Source of the DNA: Malacoraja senta
Lineage: Eukaryota
NCBI GenBank assembly: GCA_038087875.1
Contig: CM075982.1
Span: 59,768,001-59,832,000, forward strand
Reading direction: 5' to 3'
Length of the DNA stretch: 64,000 nucleotides
Position 1 is the stretch's first letter; every line of letters starts with the position of its first letter. This document shows, piece by piece, positions 48,542-62,418 of this stretch. The position numbers were made by a program, and so were the translations under genes. The notes under the pieces were generated by a model that saw only the letters and a program-made list of their open reading frames with translations, ran no database searches and was not told where the DNA came from.

Positions 48542-51500
48542 CTTCTTCTTGCGAATGAAACATAAACCAAAGGAATAGTTAGATCTCAAGCCGGGTGTTG
48601 AGCAGCCAGGTTGTTGTCTCTGCGTCAATGTCTGCCAGGCCCTGAGCTCCATTTGGTGGGTGGTAGAGCGGGCACCCAGAGATGACATGGTTGGCTGTCT
48701 GTTGTTCTGCTCCGCATTCACAGTCTGGGCTCTGGCGGAGTCCCCATCTCCACATGCTGGCATTGAAAGTCTGTTGAGTACGAAGTCTGTTGAGCTTCAC
48801 CCATGCTCCTCTGTGGAGGTCAGACCCTGGACAGCTTTTATTTGGTGAAGAGATGTAGCTGTGTAATGGAGATGAGGTTGCCTTCCACTCCTGTGCTTTT
48901 GTCTCAGTTGGCTGGATGGATGTTAGGAGTTGTTTTCCATGTGGAGCAAAGGGACTTCAGTTGGGGTGGCCTCTGCTCTCTGCTGATAGCCTGATGGAGG
49001 AGGTGATCTGGGTCCATGGCACGACGAGATAGTGCCAGAGTTGCTGCCTGCCTTCGGATCCCTGCAGGTGGAATGCCTGCAAGTATAGGGAGCTGCTCGA
49101 CTGGAGTAGGTTGAAGGCACCCATGATCATTCATAAGGTGCTGTTCAGGCTCATGTCTACCAGGCTAGTATGTCTACTCCTACTCCATACGGGTGCGCAG
49201 TACTCAGCTGGGGCATTCACAAGAGCTAAGGCAGAGGTGCGAAGAATTGATGAACTGTTTCCCAACTTGTTCCTGCCAGGCATCAGATGAGGCCGCTACG
49301 TGCCATGACCTTGTAGCGGAGGCCAGCCAGGTGTTGATGAAATATAAGCGACCTGTCCAGCTTTATGCCGAGGTAAGTAGGTGTTTGTTGGAAGTCCAAG
49401 CGCCTGTTGTTAACAAAAACAGCTAGCTCACGTTTAGCTTCCTTGTTGTTTAAATGGATTGCTGTTGACACTGTTTTGCCTTCGCTCAGCTTTAGACGCC
49501 ACTGTCGTAGGTATACTGCCAAAGTCCCCATGTCTTGACTCAAGGAGCTTTCGATTGTCTTCCACTCTTTGTCTCATCAGGATGGCTAGATCGTCAGCAT
49601 ACCCATATTTGGATGTGCATGTTGAAAAGCAGCCATTCTGCAGTCTACGTAGCCTACTCTGCTGTCCGTGACTGGGCTTAAGCACAAAGCTGCGGTTTGA
49701 TATCAGCTCCATGATGTAGCGTACCATGTGCCTGTCTGGCAGCACCCGAAGTAGATTTGCAATTAATCCCCGGTGCCACACGATGTCATAGGCAGCTGTC
49801 AGGTCTATAAGAACAGCTCCTATCTTCTCATTTGCCTCAAAGCAGTCCTCAATATCTTGGGTGAGGAGGGTTACCTGGTCTGCAGTAGATCGACCTTGGC
49901 GGAAACCAGTCTGCTCGTGGAGTAGTTGAGGGTCAATGATGGGGTTGATATGCCCGTGGATCAGCCTCTCAAGGAGTTTGTATGGGAGGCAGAGGAACGA
50001 GATGGGCCGGTAGCTTTTAGGATCATCTTTTGGCTTGTTCGGCTTTGGGACAGCGATGACTGTTGTACAATGCTAGATCTTTGGTATTTTGCACTTCTCC
50101 ATGGAGGTCGACAGGTACTGTCGGATCCAGTTGGTAGCAGCATCTCCAGAATATAGTAGAAACTCCGGGTGTATGCTGTCAGATCCTGGGGCCTTTCCTG
50201 CTTTCAACATCTTGAGTGCTGTGGCCATTTCCTCGGGGGTGAAAGCCACTGTTAGGTCGGCATCCACTCTGTCAGTTTTCCATGACTCGGCCACCTCTTT
50301 GCTCACTTCGCGCGAGAAATCACTGTCAGAGTTTGTGAATCGACCATTCTTGACTAGTTGAGATGCGATTGCGTTGGCGGTCACTGGGCATTTGCTGGAT
50401 TTGGATGCAGCTTTGCCGGTCCGGTGGTTGACTGTGTGCGATGCTTTACGGCTCGAGTGGGTGAAGTCGATCGATTCAACCATCTCAATCCAGCATTCTT
50501 GTCGTTTCTCACCCAAGCGTGTGAGCAATGTAGTGGCAGTGGTTTCAGAATCCTCTTTGGTGCCAGCAGCAGTATGATCTTTGTATAGCTGTTGGCACTC
50601 ATCATCCCAACATGGAATGTAATCCCTCTGGTATCCATGGGGGATCCATCTGCACTGATAAGCATGCTGCAGTAGGCTTGGTAGGTAGAGTCCAGGTTGG
50701 TACTGTCTGGGGGAGGAAGGCCCGAGGTGGCTGCGTTGGTAAGTTGTTGGAACTTGTCCCAGTCGGCCTTGCGGAAGTTCCACCGCTTCACAGGTTTGCT
50801 CAATGTTGGTGCAACCAGTGGTGTTGTGGTGATGAGTGATGGTCGGTGTTGTGACCGTGGGAACTTCTCCAGAACCCGGCTCGTTGGTGGCTGATGGTTC
50901 TTTGAGTTACTGGCAAAGGCTAGGTCTGAGTTTGTAACAGTGATCCAGCGGGCTGAATGGAAGCTGTTTGGCTCCTTGGGATCATACAGAAGCGTGAGGT
51001 CATTGGCAGATGCCCAATCTATGAGGCCGTTTCCATCACTATTAAATCTTGAGTAGCCCCATTCGGTGTGGTTGAATCACCTGAGTATACACGGGAAGGG
51101 GTGAACACTGGTATGGATGTTGTAGCCAGACGCACTGGGGGAGGCTTGTACACATTGATGATGGTGACGTCCTGGACCTTCACTGCAAGATCTGAAGCTT
51201 CTGCAGACTGCCCTTCTATAGCCCAATTTGTGTCATCTCTGATGAAAGTGGCCAGACCATATTTACTACTTGGTGTGAAAGTAGCTAGTGTGAATTCAGG
51301 AATTGCGAGTTTCTCCACTGTTTCGCAATGTGTCTCCTGCAGGAGTATGACAGTCGCTTCGTTGGCGTATGCTAGCTGCTCAATTATGAATATCTTGGCA
51401 CTGTTGAGACCTTCGACATTCAGCTGTAGTATCCCAGCATCCTTGCCTTTGACTGTAACTGCCGCCCGCTCTGAAAAGAGTGCGAAGCATGGCTCAGAGC

Positions 51501-52398
51501 TGTGACATTCAGTCTTTGTCCTTGGTTTGGTTACGTGTTACCGGCAACTGTCTCTGTAAATAGCTCGTTCTAAGCTCCCCACAGTCTCGTTTCAGTCAAT
51601 AAAATACTGATTCCCCTATACAATACCTAATCACTGCGGTTTCGACCCTTGTATCTGCTTGGCCAAGCCCTTCTAGCCTCGCTAGCCTCGTGTAAGCAGA
51701 GGTACTCCAAAAGGTCATGCAGTCCCAAGCGCTCTTACAGAAGATCGACATCAGACTTTGTGGGAGCTGCCTTTTGTAGGTCCCCGAAACTTGAGGGGCC
51801 TAACCACATGAGGGTGGTCTCTTTATAATCCAATTATATATATTGATTTATAACAGTACATAATTGACAATTCATCCAACCCAATAATATAATCTTAAAT
51901 GCATTGTATTCGAAAGAAGCTTCTAGAAGGAAGCCAACACAAATGAATAGTGCAACATGTGCCCTGGGATTCAAACAGTTCCTCCAAGGCTCAACATTTC
52001 AACCAATCAACAATTAACAGATTAACCATCTCGCAACATTATGTATACTATTTACAATACCCTTGCAGCGATCCAATCAAAATGATGCATTTAAGGTTTG
52101 TTTGCAAGACTGCTATATATTTTTTATCAAGTTAGGAGAAACAAGGAGAACACCTGTATCCTTCACCATCCTGCATATCAGTCTAAGCCTAGACTGGTTG
52201 GCATCATCCAAAGCCTGTAAATTTCAGCTGACAAGGGTTAAGCAATTCTAACGTGCAGGGATCCTCCATTTTATGGTGTCTTTAATTTGGTCAGTATTAA
52301 CATCTCGTCGAAGTATTCCATGAGAGAAGACTAACTATAGTAACAGGAGATACCACGAGAATGTTGCCGACATCTCTTCCCGGTACAAATCCAAACAT
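48542..52398 (-). mobile_element. Near full-length, decayed Vingi/Ingi-like non-LTR retrotransposon (single ORF: APE endonuclease, RT, CCHC)
   Basis: GILQLNVEGL..LQETH, FHSARW, FPRSQHRP (EN); KAPGSD, QTGFRQGRST, DLTAAYD, YADDLA, YLGIKLDR (RT); CECGAEQQTANHVISGCP; no ORF1 or RNase H seen; (AAG)n tail; 13-bp TSD cagt(c/t)gatgggct at 48529-48541 and 52399-52411; frameshifted. Confidence 0.85.
51555..52302 (-). mobile_element. Solo LTR (ERV/Gypsy-like) inserted in the Vingi 5' UTR
   Basis: TG...CA termini (TGTAAAT...ATTAACA on +), 4-bp TSD TCTC; homologous to 20221-20932. Confidence 0.8.
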
Positions 52399-52772
52399 CA
52401 GTTGATGGGCTGAAGGGCCTGTTTCCATGCTATATCTCTAAAGTCAAAAGTCTAATTGCATTTGGGATTTCCCATGCTCAATCACCATATTTTGATAATT
52501 ATTTACACAAAGTTAGGCTGTTAAATTATTGTTAAATCTAAGATGACCTACTCCTTTGACAGTTCAAGTACATGTTGCTTCACATCTAATCATTCTGCTA
52601 ATCCTTTGTTTCTAATTTGGCAAGGATCACTACAATGCCTACTGTGCTCCATTTAATATTTTAAATTTCATTACATCTATTAAACTTTTTTTGATTTGAT
52701 GAACACTAGCTCTCTTTTATGTGTGTATTTTGTTGAATTGATAGCACGCAGTATATTGAAGTTATGCACTTA

Positions 52773-53090
52773 TGGTGGCACAGTGGCACAGCTGGTAGAG
52801 CTGCTTCTCAAATGCCAGAGACTTCGGGTCGATCCAGACCTCGAGTGTAGTCTGTGGAATTTACGTGTTCTTTCTGTGACCGCGTCGGTTTCCTTTAGGT
52901 TTTCTGGTTTCCTCCCACATTCCAAAGATGTGCAGGTTTGGAGATTAATTGGCCTCTATAAATTAACCCGAGAGCGTAAGGATGACAAAATGGGATAACA
53001 TAGAACTTGTGTGAATAGGATCGATGGCGTGGACACGGTGGGCCGAAAGGCCTGATTCCATGCTGTATCTCTGAAACTAAACTAAAACTT
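52773..53090 (+). mobile_element. HE1-like V-SINE
   Basis: Family similarity. Confidence 0.8.
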
Positions 53091-53229
53091 AAAATAAGCA
53101 TCACTCAATTGCTTGGAGTGGTCATATTAACTGAAAATTGCAGCAGCACACACACAAACCACAATCTGCATTTTAATTCGGCATTAAAACTCTAAGTTTT
53201 GAGAATCATGGTAAAATTATTTGTTTTAA

Positions 53230-53515
53230 GCTGGCCCTTCAGCCCACCGAGTCTGCGTCGACCAGCAATCCCCTTACACTAGCACTATCCTACATACTAG
53301 GGACAATTTACAATTTTTATTGAAGCCAAATTAACCTACAAACTTGTCCATCTTTGGAATGTGGGAGAAAACCGAAGCACCCGGAGAAAACGCAAGCGGT
53401 CACAGGGAGAATGTAGTGTCTATATTTCCTACAGACAGTACCCATGGTCAGGATAGAACTTCAGTCTCTGGTGCTGTTAAGCAGCAACTCTACTGCTGCG
53501 CCACCATGCCGCCCT
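53230..53515 (-). mobile_element. HE1-like V-SINE
   Basis: Family similarity. Confidence 0.8.
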
Positions 53516-54491
53516 GGTGCCAACTCTGCGGAATGATCCCAGGACCTTCAGATTATGAGACTGATACGTTTTCCTTCTAATCTCATTTGGACTTTTTGCT
53601 GTTAGTTTGAGCAGAAGCCCTCAGTAGAGTGATAGATTTGCTCAATGACCAATCCATGCATATCAAGAATATTAACTTTATTTTAAAATGCAGCTGCAAT
53701 TAGTCTCAATGAAAGAAAACGTTTGATGCCATGTCTCAGAAAATTCCTTTGAGAATTTTTTGTTGTAAGTTTTGAAGTTTGTATTTTAGCAATTTAATTG
53801 TAATATAAAGCCTTCTGTCAAGCAAGAATTGCGACTACATACTCATTCTCAGAAGTCATCTTAAAACTTTCCAGCTTCAACCTTGTTTGGCCAGAACAGC
53901 ATAAAATTGTTCCGTTATTCCCGAATCCTCATTGCTACAGATCGGGTTGGTTCAGTCTACCTTCTGTGGTGCCTTTCAACTGATCGGTTGATGAAGCTGA
54001 CAGGCTCCAATCCTTGAGAAAAACGGACTTTTCTTGGGAAACGCTGACAGGCTGACAGATGGGCTGACAAGCTGATTGCTGCTTAAAAAGCCAATAGTGG
54101 CATGTATATGTATGAATTCTCATGCACTAACTTTAGCATTAGTTGTTATTATCATCCCTGTTAATCATCATACAGTTCACTTATCCTTTGGCACTTCATT
54201 GCATTCTGATTATTCTGGCTCTAAGTTACTCAACGGGAACATCCACACCACATAGACTACAATGGAGACAGGAGAACATCAGAACTCTTGCACTCCAGCT
54301 TCAAAACATGCAGAATAATCTCCGTAACACCAGAGGGCTCTCCTATACTTATAACTACAGCCCTGTGAGGTGACGTATTTCTTTGTACTAATAATGCGCC
54401 AGATTGTTCGATATAATTCACAACACATGTAACCTTGTAGAATTTACCACAACATCCCCTCTAACATCCCAGTCAGAACAACATTAAATAA

Positions 54492-55945
54492 CTAGACTAA
54501 GTGGGACCCGTTGGGTACCAGCATCACACGGGAAGGATGGTCCCCCAATGCAATATTCCACCTCTCCACCAATTCCAATATTGGTGACCAGTGGGGGGGG
54601 GGGGGAGGAGGGGGAGGGGGGGCTTTCTGGAGTGCTAGTATGGGTGTTGTGGGCTGAAGGGACTGGTTTCCAGAGGGGCCGAATGGAATCTTGGGGTGGC
54701 AGCTCAGTCACTCAAGCCTGTTGTGCTGGCAGCTCACTCACTCACAGCTGGTGGGCTGGCAGTTGACTCACGGCTATTCCTTGAAATTCCATTTCCAGCA
54801 GGGTGCAAGGCCACCAAATTCAAGTGCATTTTCATACCATTTCAAGTAGGGTGCAAGGCCACTAAAGATAGCGAGTCGTGACCTCTCCCTCCTCCATATT
54901 GCAGAGACTGAGCCACGCCCACACTTCTGGGTTTTATAGACCCTCCACACCCTCCCCCCCCCCCCCACCACCAGAAGGGGCGTGGCCTTCATGGCATGAT
55001 TGACAGGAGAGAGAATCTCAACATTTTTTTAACAGTAATAACTCTTATTTTTCATCGATGGGAAAAATCCTCGGCACCTGATGAGCGGAGAGGGACTCTG
55101 AGTAAGATGGCCAAAATGCACAGCCGTACGTGGTGTGTTTTTTTTCTTCTAAAATCAATATAAAGCACAAACAGGAAGTGGTCAAGATTAGACTTTTAAT
55201 TATTTAGAAGGCAAGGCAACTTTAATTAGGCAAGTCAACTTTAATTAGGCAAGGCAACTTTAATTAGGCAAGGCTACATTAATTAGGCAACACAGCTTTA
55301 GCATTTCCAAACCAAAGGCAACACAGCTTTAGCGTTTCCAAACCAAAGGCAACACAGCTTTAGCATTTCCAAACCAAAGGCAACACAGCTTTAGCATTTC
55401 CAAACCAAAAGCAACACAGCTTTAGCATTTCCAAACCAAAGGCAAGACAGCTTTAGCATTTCCAAACCAAAGGGAACACAGCTTTAGCATTTCCAAACCA
55501 AAGGCAACACAGCTTTAGCATTTCCAAACTATATTTTCAAACCACATTAAGGGCACTGACAAGTCAGTAAAACCACTCACAGTTTAGTAGACATGTGTTC
55601 AGTGTTATTCACAGCTCAGACTGAGAGATGTGATGAGACGTGACGTGACGTGACGTGACGCGACCCTCTCGCTCCCCCATCTTGCAGAGACTGACTGAGG
55701 CACTCAACACTTCCGGGTTTTATAGTCCCTCCGGAAGGGGCGTGGCCTTCAGGAGAGAAAAACAAATTTAAACACTAATAACTCTTTTATTTTTCATCGA
55801 TGGGAACGATCTTCTTGTCCTGCGCAGCGGAAGGGGACTCTGAGTAAGATAGCCAAAAATCACAGCCGTAAGTGGCAGAGTTTTTTCTAAAATCAATATA
55901 CAGAACAACAGGAAGTGGTCAAGATCAGACTTTTAGTAATATAGA
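54492..55945 (-). mobile_element. Non-autonomous Helitron with internal minisatellites (complete copy)
   Basis: 5' TCTATATTACTAAAAG, subterminal hairpin ACCC-AAC-GGGT, 3' CTAG, inserted between A and T, no TSD. Confidence 0.85.
55209..55528. repeat. 19-bp array followed by 31-bp array (about 8 copies) inside Helitron
   Basis: ggcaaggcaactttaatta x4, then aacacagctttagcatttccaaaccaaaggc repeated. Confidence 0.9.
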
Positions 55946-56344
55946 TTGCATAATAAGCTAATTCAGTTTCAAACAATATATGATTATATTCATTTCAACT
56001 TAACATCATTTGTACCATCTATTTTTACCAGACAATGAAATTCATTTTTCTTCTGTTGCAGAATTCTGTGTTGGCCAAGATAAAGGCTGAAGAAGGAATC
56101 GATAATAAATAAAAGGCAGGCTGTCTCAGCCTTCTGACCTGACTATACACCAAACTGGAGTAAAACACATCTTATTTGGACATGCAGAGAGGGGTAAAAG
56201 GAAATTAAATAGATTGTTAAATTCAGAGCTGTGCAGGAAACCTGCCACTTCCATGTTGCTTGGTAATTATGATTTAACCATCTAACCTCCATTAACCATC
56301 CTGTTCATTGACTGGCCATTTCAATCTAGCAATTTAATAGTTAA

Positions 56345-57110
56345 ACAGAGATGCAAAAGACTGCAGGTGCTGGAATCTGGAGCAATACACAAAGTGCTGG
56401 TGGAACTCAATGGGTCAGGCAGCATCGGTGGAGGGAATGGACAAAATAGTTAGAGCTGAAGTCTTAAAAGGAAGGTGGTACAAGTGCTGTCTGGGATCTT
56501 ACAACTGAAGCTGATCCCGGAAGACCCTTCTTCAGACTGATTGTAGGGGGCAGTAAGAAAGTCGGGATAGAGAAGGGGCAGGACAGACCAATGCCAATGT
56601 TATTTATTATATAGTTAGTTAATTATATAGTTAGCTATTTTAAGGAACTAACCCACAACAGCCTCCTCCCCCTCACTTTTCTCCTTCCCCACCCCACTTT
56701 CTTTCACCCTCCCTCCCCTTCCCCTCCCTCCACTGAAACCTGGTTGGCCTTGCAGCAGTTTGTCCCCCTCCCTCTCCACTTCTACCATTTACAATGGATA
56801 CACAATTCTCAATTTTCCGTTCCCTGAGCTAAAGATATTCGCAACTCTTTATCCTCTCGGGCTCACACCTGTCTTCTCATTCCTGGCCTTTGTCCACCAA
56901 TCTGCCTATCAAATAACCCCCTCGTCTATGTTCACCTATTACTGGCCATGCTCTGTCCTGCCCCTTCCCTAACCCAGTTTTCTTTAACGCTCTCCCCTCC
57001 CCCCCCCCCCCACCCACAAACAGTCTCAAGAAGGATTGTGACCCGAAACCACCTACTGTACTTATGTTCTGTATAGACCTGTTGAATTACTCCAGCATTT
57101 TGTGTCTATC
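56345..57110. mobile_element. Decayed PLE terminal regions in opposite orientations
   Basis: Minus-strand hammerhead-like core near 56520-56540 and plus-strand core near 57020-57050. Confidence 0.5.
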
Positions 57111-60100
57111 TTAGGTTTAGAGATGCTCCTCACAGAAGCAGCCTAAATTCACAACTATTGCACCAATGCAATTTACAGTAATTCCTGTTGCTGTTTCAGA
57201 TAGACAAACTTTTATTTTTTGTTAAATTCATTTACAAACTTAAATGTATTAATAACTCATTGAAATTAATTAATAATAACAAATTAATTGTCTACATTAT
57301 GATGATGGTGCATGGTAATGTTGTGGTTAAGTTACTGGAACAGCAACTAGATTCTTGATCATTGATCCAGAGACATGGCAGCTGAGAAATTGAAATGCGA
57401 GTAAAGATATAACCTCAACTTAAAATAGTTAATTGATGGTAACCATGAAACTACTGGTTTGTTTTAAATACCCATTTGACTTATTCATGTCCTTCATATA
57501 AGGAAATCTGCCATCCTTATCTGCTTTAACCTATCGTGACTTCAATGCTGCAAGTAAGAATTTCTTTGTTTTATCTGGGACATATGACGATAAAACACTC
57601 TTGACTCTTGACTCCTTCATGCAGGAGCATTTAGGGAGATATGATAAATGCCAGCATTTTCACTGGCAAAAACATCATGTGGATGAATAAATTGAAAATG
57701 TTTAGTTTCATTCATTGCATGTGAAGTTCATTAGGATATATTTCGAAAGGGTGATGGGACAATATAAATATGGGAACCTTACTTTTATCTAGCACTGTGG
57801 CCTTTGAATGAAATGCTCAATGCTTACATCTTCCAGGGAAAACATTGTCAGATGAGTATTGGTAACTTCAATAAAGATGGAGTCAAAAAGAAAATTGAAG
57901 CATGAAAGTATGTGCCTTTGCCATTTGGTATTTAATAATTTACACTGGAGAATCTTTTGTATATTTTTTTCTCACCATTAATTAATTTCATACGCAGAAT
58001 GACATTTGTCCTTGAATGATGATTGAAGGAAAATTATATTAACTTGATAATCAGAAAATCATAATACCAGTGATTGCTAACATTTTCTCCAGAGATACTG
58101 CCTGACCCGCTGAGTTATTCCAGCATTTTGTGTTAAAATGATATGCTGTTATAATGATAATATCTATGATCCAACTTTCTTTGACACCTGTGAATGTTGT
58201 AACCACTCCACACAATCAAAGGGTATGAGTTTGATGATACTCTACTAGCTGCATATTGTGGGGGGTTTTAAAGTTTGTTTCCGATTTCATTGTTTAATAC
58301 TGACCAGCTGAAATTTATAGTTCTTTTCTTGAGTATAGATTCAGAATTTCAACAATTGTTGTACGTTGAAGTAGCTCATGATCCAAAGAAATGGCCAATC
58401 GGAGAGAACTGTACAACAACCATACTGATATCAATTGTCAGCAAAAATGCTTCAGTGAATCAAAACCATTAAATGCTGTTTGAAGTCTAAAAAAAAATGT
58501 CTTGAATACCCATCTAGTGTTGGTCTTTGAGAATGAGCAGACTCTCAAACCACCCAAGACAGTGAAGGAATGATATGTTTAGACATTTCTATTACTTTAA
58601 AAACATTTATAGTGTAGGTACAGAATATCTTAGTGACACAATACCTTGGAGCCTATTTGTTCTGTGCTATGAATGAAACAACTTGAGCCCGTGCCCAGCT
58701 TGTCAGATTGTGAGCTTATAATTCCAGTCATAGCATTGCAGATGAGTCTTTAGGAAGACAATACCCACACTGCACACAAGAGAGGAGTATATTCATCAGT
58801 GGTTTTGTTTCACAGTTCACAGGAGATAGCTTATGAGTCGATACTGATCCTCCATTGACTGCATAAAAGGTAGTGAAATATATAAATATTGCAGAGGTGG
58901 GAAAGCTTTGTCAATGCCCTAAATATCAGGGGTGTAGCAATTAGTAATGCACAAAAGGACGTAAAATAGAATATACATTTCGAGACATACATTATGAAAC
59001 GTACATACAGAATTTTGATTGTCAGTGTAATCTCTACACAAATAATGAAAAGTATTAAAGTAATTTATCATTGCACAGTGATTCCATGACATTTTATCAT
59101 ATTTATACATGCAAGAATGTGAAATTGCACCATGGATGGGATTGTATAATCTTGACACTGATTATATCAATTCCTATTATTTATTTTGGTTGCAATGTCG
59201 CTGCAAATTAAATAGAAGCTGCATTGTAAACAATCGCATTGCAATAAATAACTGTGTCTGTGCCAGTGCTGACTTTTCCATCGGACAATGGGGCTATGTG
59301 TACAATTTATGGTTCTAAGAATTGGAGCCTCCTGACTGAAAACTCCCTCGTGCATGAAGGATACAGCATTGGAATAAACTCTTCGGCCCACCCCGTTCAG
59401 AATTACACATTATTAGAGTCAAATATGTAACAAAAAGCCATGGAATTAACTTTCTTGTGGGATTTCCATCTATCCAAAAAATTGTTCATGTAGACTTGAA
59501 TCTGAATTATTTTGAGCTCAATTGTTATTCATATTTTCACTCTTATCTGTAGATAGCTCAGGGAAGATTGCAATGTTATGCATGGAACAGGCAGGTGGAG
59601 AGGCTGGATATATGTTTTACCACCAGTTAACAGTAATCCTAAATGCTCGCTCTGTACAGCTTGCCAACATGGGGTTACACAACGATGAGTAATTGACCCA
59701 ACTAGAAGATAAACAAGATAAACCTTGTCACTGGTCTGATCAAAGTCGGTATGGGCTGTTTGGTTCACAATATATCCATACACAAATACTTCAAATTATA
59801 TGTATTTAAGTAGGAAAATATTCTCTGCCAGAAAACAGCAATAAATTCAGTGTGATTCTTTATAACCTTTGCTTTCATCATTATAATTTCTATTTTGATT
59901 TTCTTGACTGACTCTTCATTTGAAATGTACAGAACATCTTATCCTTTGATTTTCAGGTCAAACTGTAGCGAAAGGTCCTGAAAACCTTTGTAGTCTCTAA
60001 TTCCATGAAGACAATCCGACCATTACGTTCTAAATTAAACATAGATTCCTGTTATTTAAATAACAACACATTGGATTAATAAATTCCTATAAACAGCAAG

Positions 60101-60404
60101 ACTTGGACAGCATTTAGGACTGGACTGATAAGTGGCAAATAATATCAAGATATTCAAACACAAGACCAATGTTTTTTTTTCCAATGAAAGAAAGTCTAAT
60201 CATCTGCTGAAGAGATTCAGTACCATAACATGGTACAGTTCTCACCATCAACCTCCTAGGGCTCACCATTGACCAGAAACTTAATTGGAAAAGCCTAAGT
60301 TTAAAACAAATTATACATATGATTCAGGCATTGCTTTCAAGAAAAGTATTTAAAAACTCTTAATTGCGATCCTTAATTGGGTTCCTTATTGGAGAGCACT
60401 TAAG

Positions 60405-60668
60405 GTTGCTGCCTTACAGTGCCTGAGACTCGGGTTCGATCCTGACTATGTGTGTTGTCTATACGAAGTTTGTACATTCTACCCGTGACCGTGTGGGTTT
60501 TTCCCAGGTGCTCCGGTTTCCTCCCACATTCCAAAGATGTACAGGTTTGTAGGTTAATTGGCTTTGGTAAAAATTGTAAATTGTCCCTAGTGTGTAGGAT
60601 AGTGCTAACATGTGGGGATTGGTGGGCTGAAGGGTCTGTTTCCGCTCTGTATCTCTAAACTAAACTAA
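60405..60668 (+). mobile_element. HE1-like V-SINE
   Basis: Family similarity. Confidence 0.85.
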
Positions 60669-61319
60669 ATTGCCTTGGATAATGTGACTCGCCTTGTTGA
60701 AGGCAATCCAGAAAATATGACACCAAGGCTAATTACAGCAGCCAATTATAAAGCAGATCTTTGGTATGTGAAAGGCAACTGGAAAACCCAGAGGAAGCCC
60801 ATGCATTCACAAGAAGATGGTGCAAACTCCACGCAGGCAGCACCTAGGGTCAGGACTGAAGCTGGTTCACACGAGCAGTCAGGCAGCTGCTGATTTTTCA
60901 CTAGGCTGACTGTATCTGGATAGCATTTCAGCATTTGCACAAAAAGCAAACCCCTGCTTCAATGGGTTCAATGAATGGCTTTGACCTTGAGAGAATATGA
61001 ATATACTATTGTTTTCAAAACAGAGGAAATGCCATGGAAATACAAATGCTCCTCGTTATGTTCCAAACCAGAGATCACCGCTGATAAAGGAATATAGGAC
61101 TTTGTGCTGCAATGGGTCATCTGGAATCTGTGCATGGGAGTATGGTGCAAATTACAAAAGATCCTGTTACAAGTTTGTCTTGAAAGGGTGGCCGACAGAG
61201 ATAGAACCGCACTTAATGCCTGACCATTCCTGGAATATATATCTAAGTGGGAAGAATAGAGCTGCCATCGTCCACAAGGTTGGCATTGGTTTTTCAAACA
61301 ACCACATCAAAGCATATCC

Positions 61320-61563
61320 TGTGGCGTGGACACGCAGATGTCGAGCCAGGAATAACGCAGGACACAAGGTTTGTGCAAGCAATTGTTGTTTGTTCTTCCT
61401 CTGTACAGCTCCTAACTCCTACCACGGGGCACAGGCATTGCCCAACCTTATATACTGCCCGGGAAGCCCCATGACCTGCACCTCCCGTCACCGTGACACC
61501 TGACTCCTCCCTCCAGAGCCGAGGGTTCGTACTATGCCTGGCTCACCACCAGGTGCCACCACA
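61320..61563 (-). mobile_element. Short solo LTR (Gypsy-like), 244 bp
   Basis: TGTGG...CCACA termini, 4-bp TSD ATCC on both sides, minus-strand TATATAA box. Confidence 0.75.
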
Positions 61564-62129
61564 ATCCAGGTATTAAAAGGATGAGGAGTTTAACTAGATT
61601 GTACATGTAGTTGCCTGCTTTGGTCTCTGTGCGGGAGGTGCAGTCTTGCACTGTGTCAAAATAAACAGCAACTCTAATGAAAAAGAGTGATAGTGTTTCT
61701 GGTGCATTATGTGTCACTGTTTAGGTCTTTGCCAGACACCATTTTGTTAGATGTCTGGGAGGGTTAGGTTTCGAAATGTGCATTAAAACTATAAACTTAC
61801 CAGAAGAAACAGCCTCGACCGCATTTTACCTGCTAAGGTATAATAGTTATTATTGATAATCTGAGATGTCCAGGCACAATCATGAAAGTAAATCAGCCAA
61901 GCTTGGAAGCAAAAGGGATAAATTCTACCTCATGCTTTTAACATTTCACCGAAACAAGAATCCAATTTTCCATGTTATCCAAATATATTGGCGAAAATGA
62001 AATACTATAAAGATTTGTTTTGTAGGTGAAGAAATACTATTTTTTAAAAATCCTTGATATTTTCCAATACTTGCCAGAGGGAATTACACTCTTCATACAT
62101 ACACATTTGTGTCTGAAATATTGTTTATT

Positions 62130-62418
62130 GGCACCGTGACGCTGTTGGTCGCCATTGCCTCACTTTGCCAAAGATCAGGGTTCGATCCTGACCTCAGGTG
62201 CTGTCTTTGTGGAGTTTGCATGTTCTTCTTATGACTGTGTGAATTTCCTCTGGGAGTTCCAGTTTCCTCCCACATCCAAATATGTTCACCCCTCGTGTGT
62301 AGGGAGTGGAAACAAAAGTGGAATAACATAGATCTAGTGTGAACAGGTGATCGATAGTCACCATGGACTCAATGGGCCGAAGGGCCTATTTTCATGCCGT
62401 ATCTTTCAATCAATCAAA
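62130..62418 (+). mobile_element. HE1-like V-SINE
   Basis: Family similarity. Confidence 0.75.

Noticed and set aside
56041-56113. Strong acceptor ttttcttctgttgcag followed by short frame NSVLAKIKAEEGIDNK* and AATAAA
   Set aside because: No upstream exon or homology recognised; cannot be supported without transcript data
60997-61503. 168-aa ORF as a gene (e.g. CYP24A1 exon expected by synteny)
   Set aside because: No P450 or other recognisable motif, and it runs into a solo LTR; I found no CYP24A1 or DOK5 exon in the window
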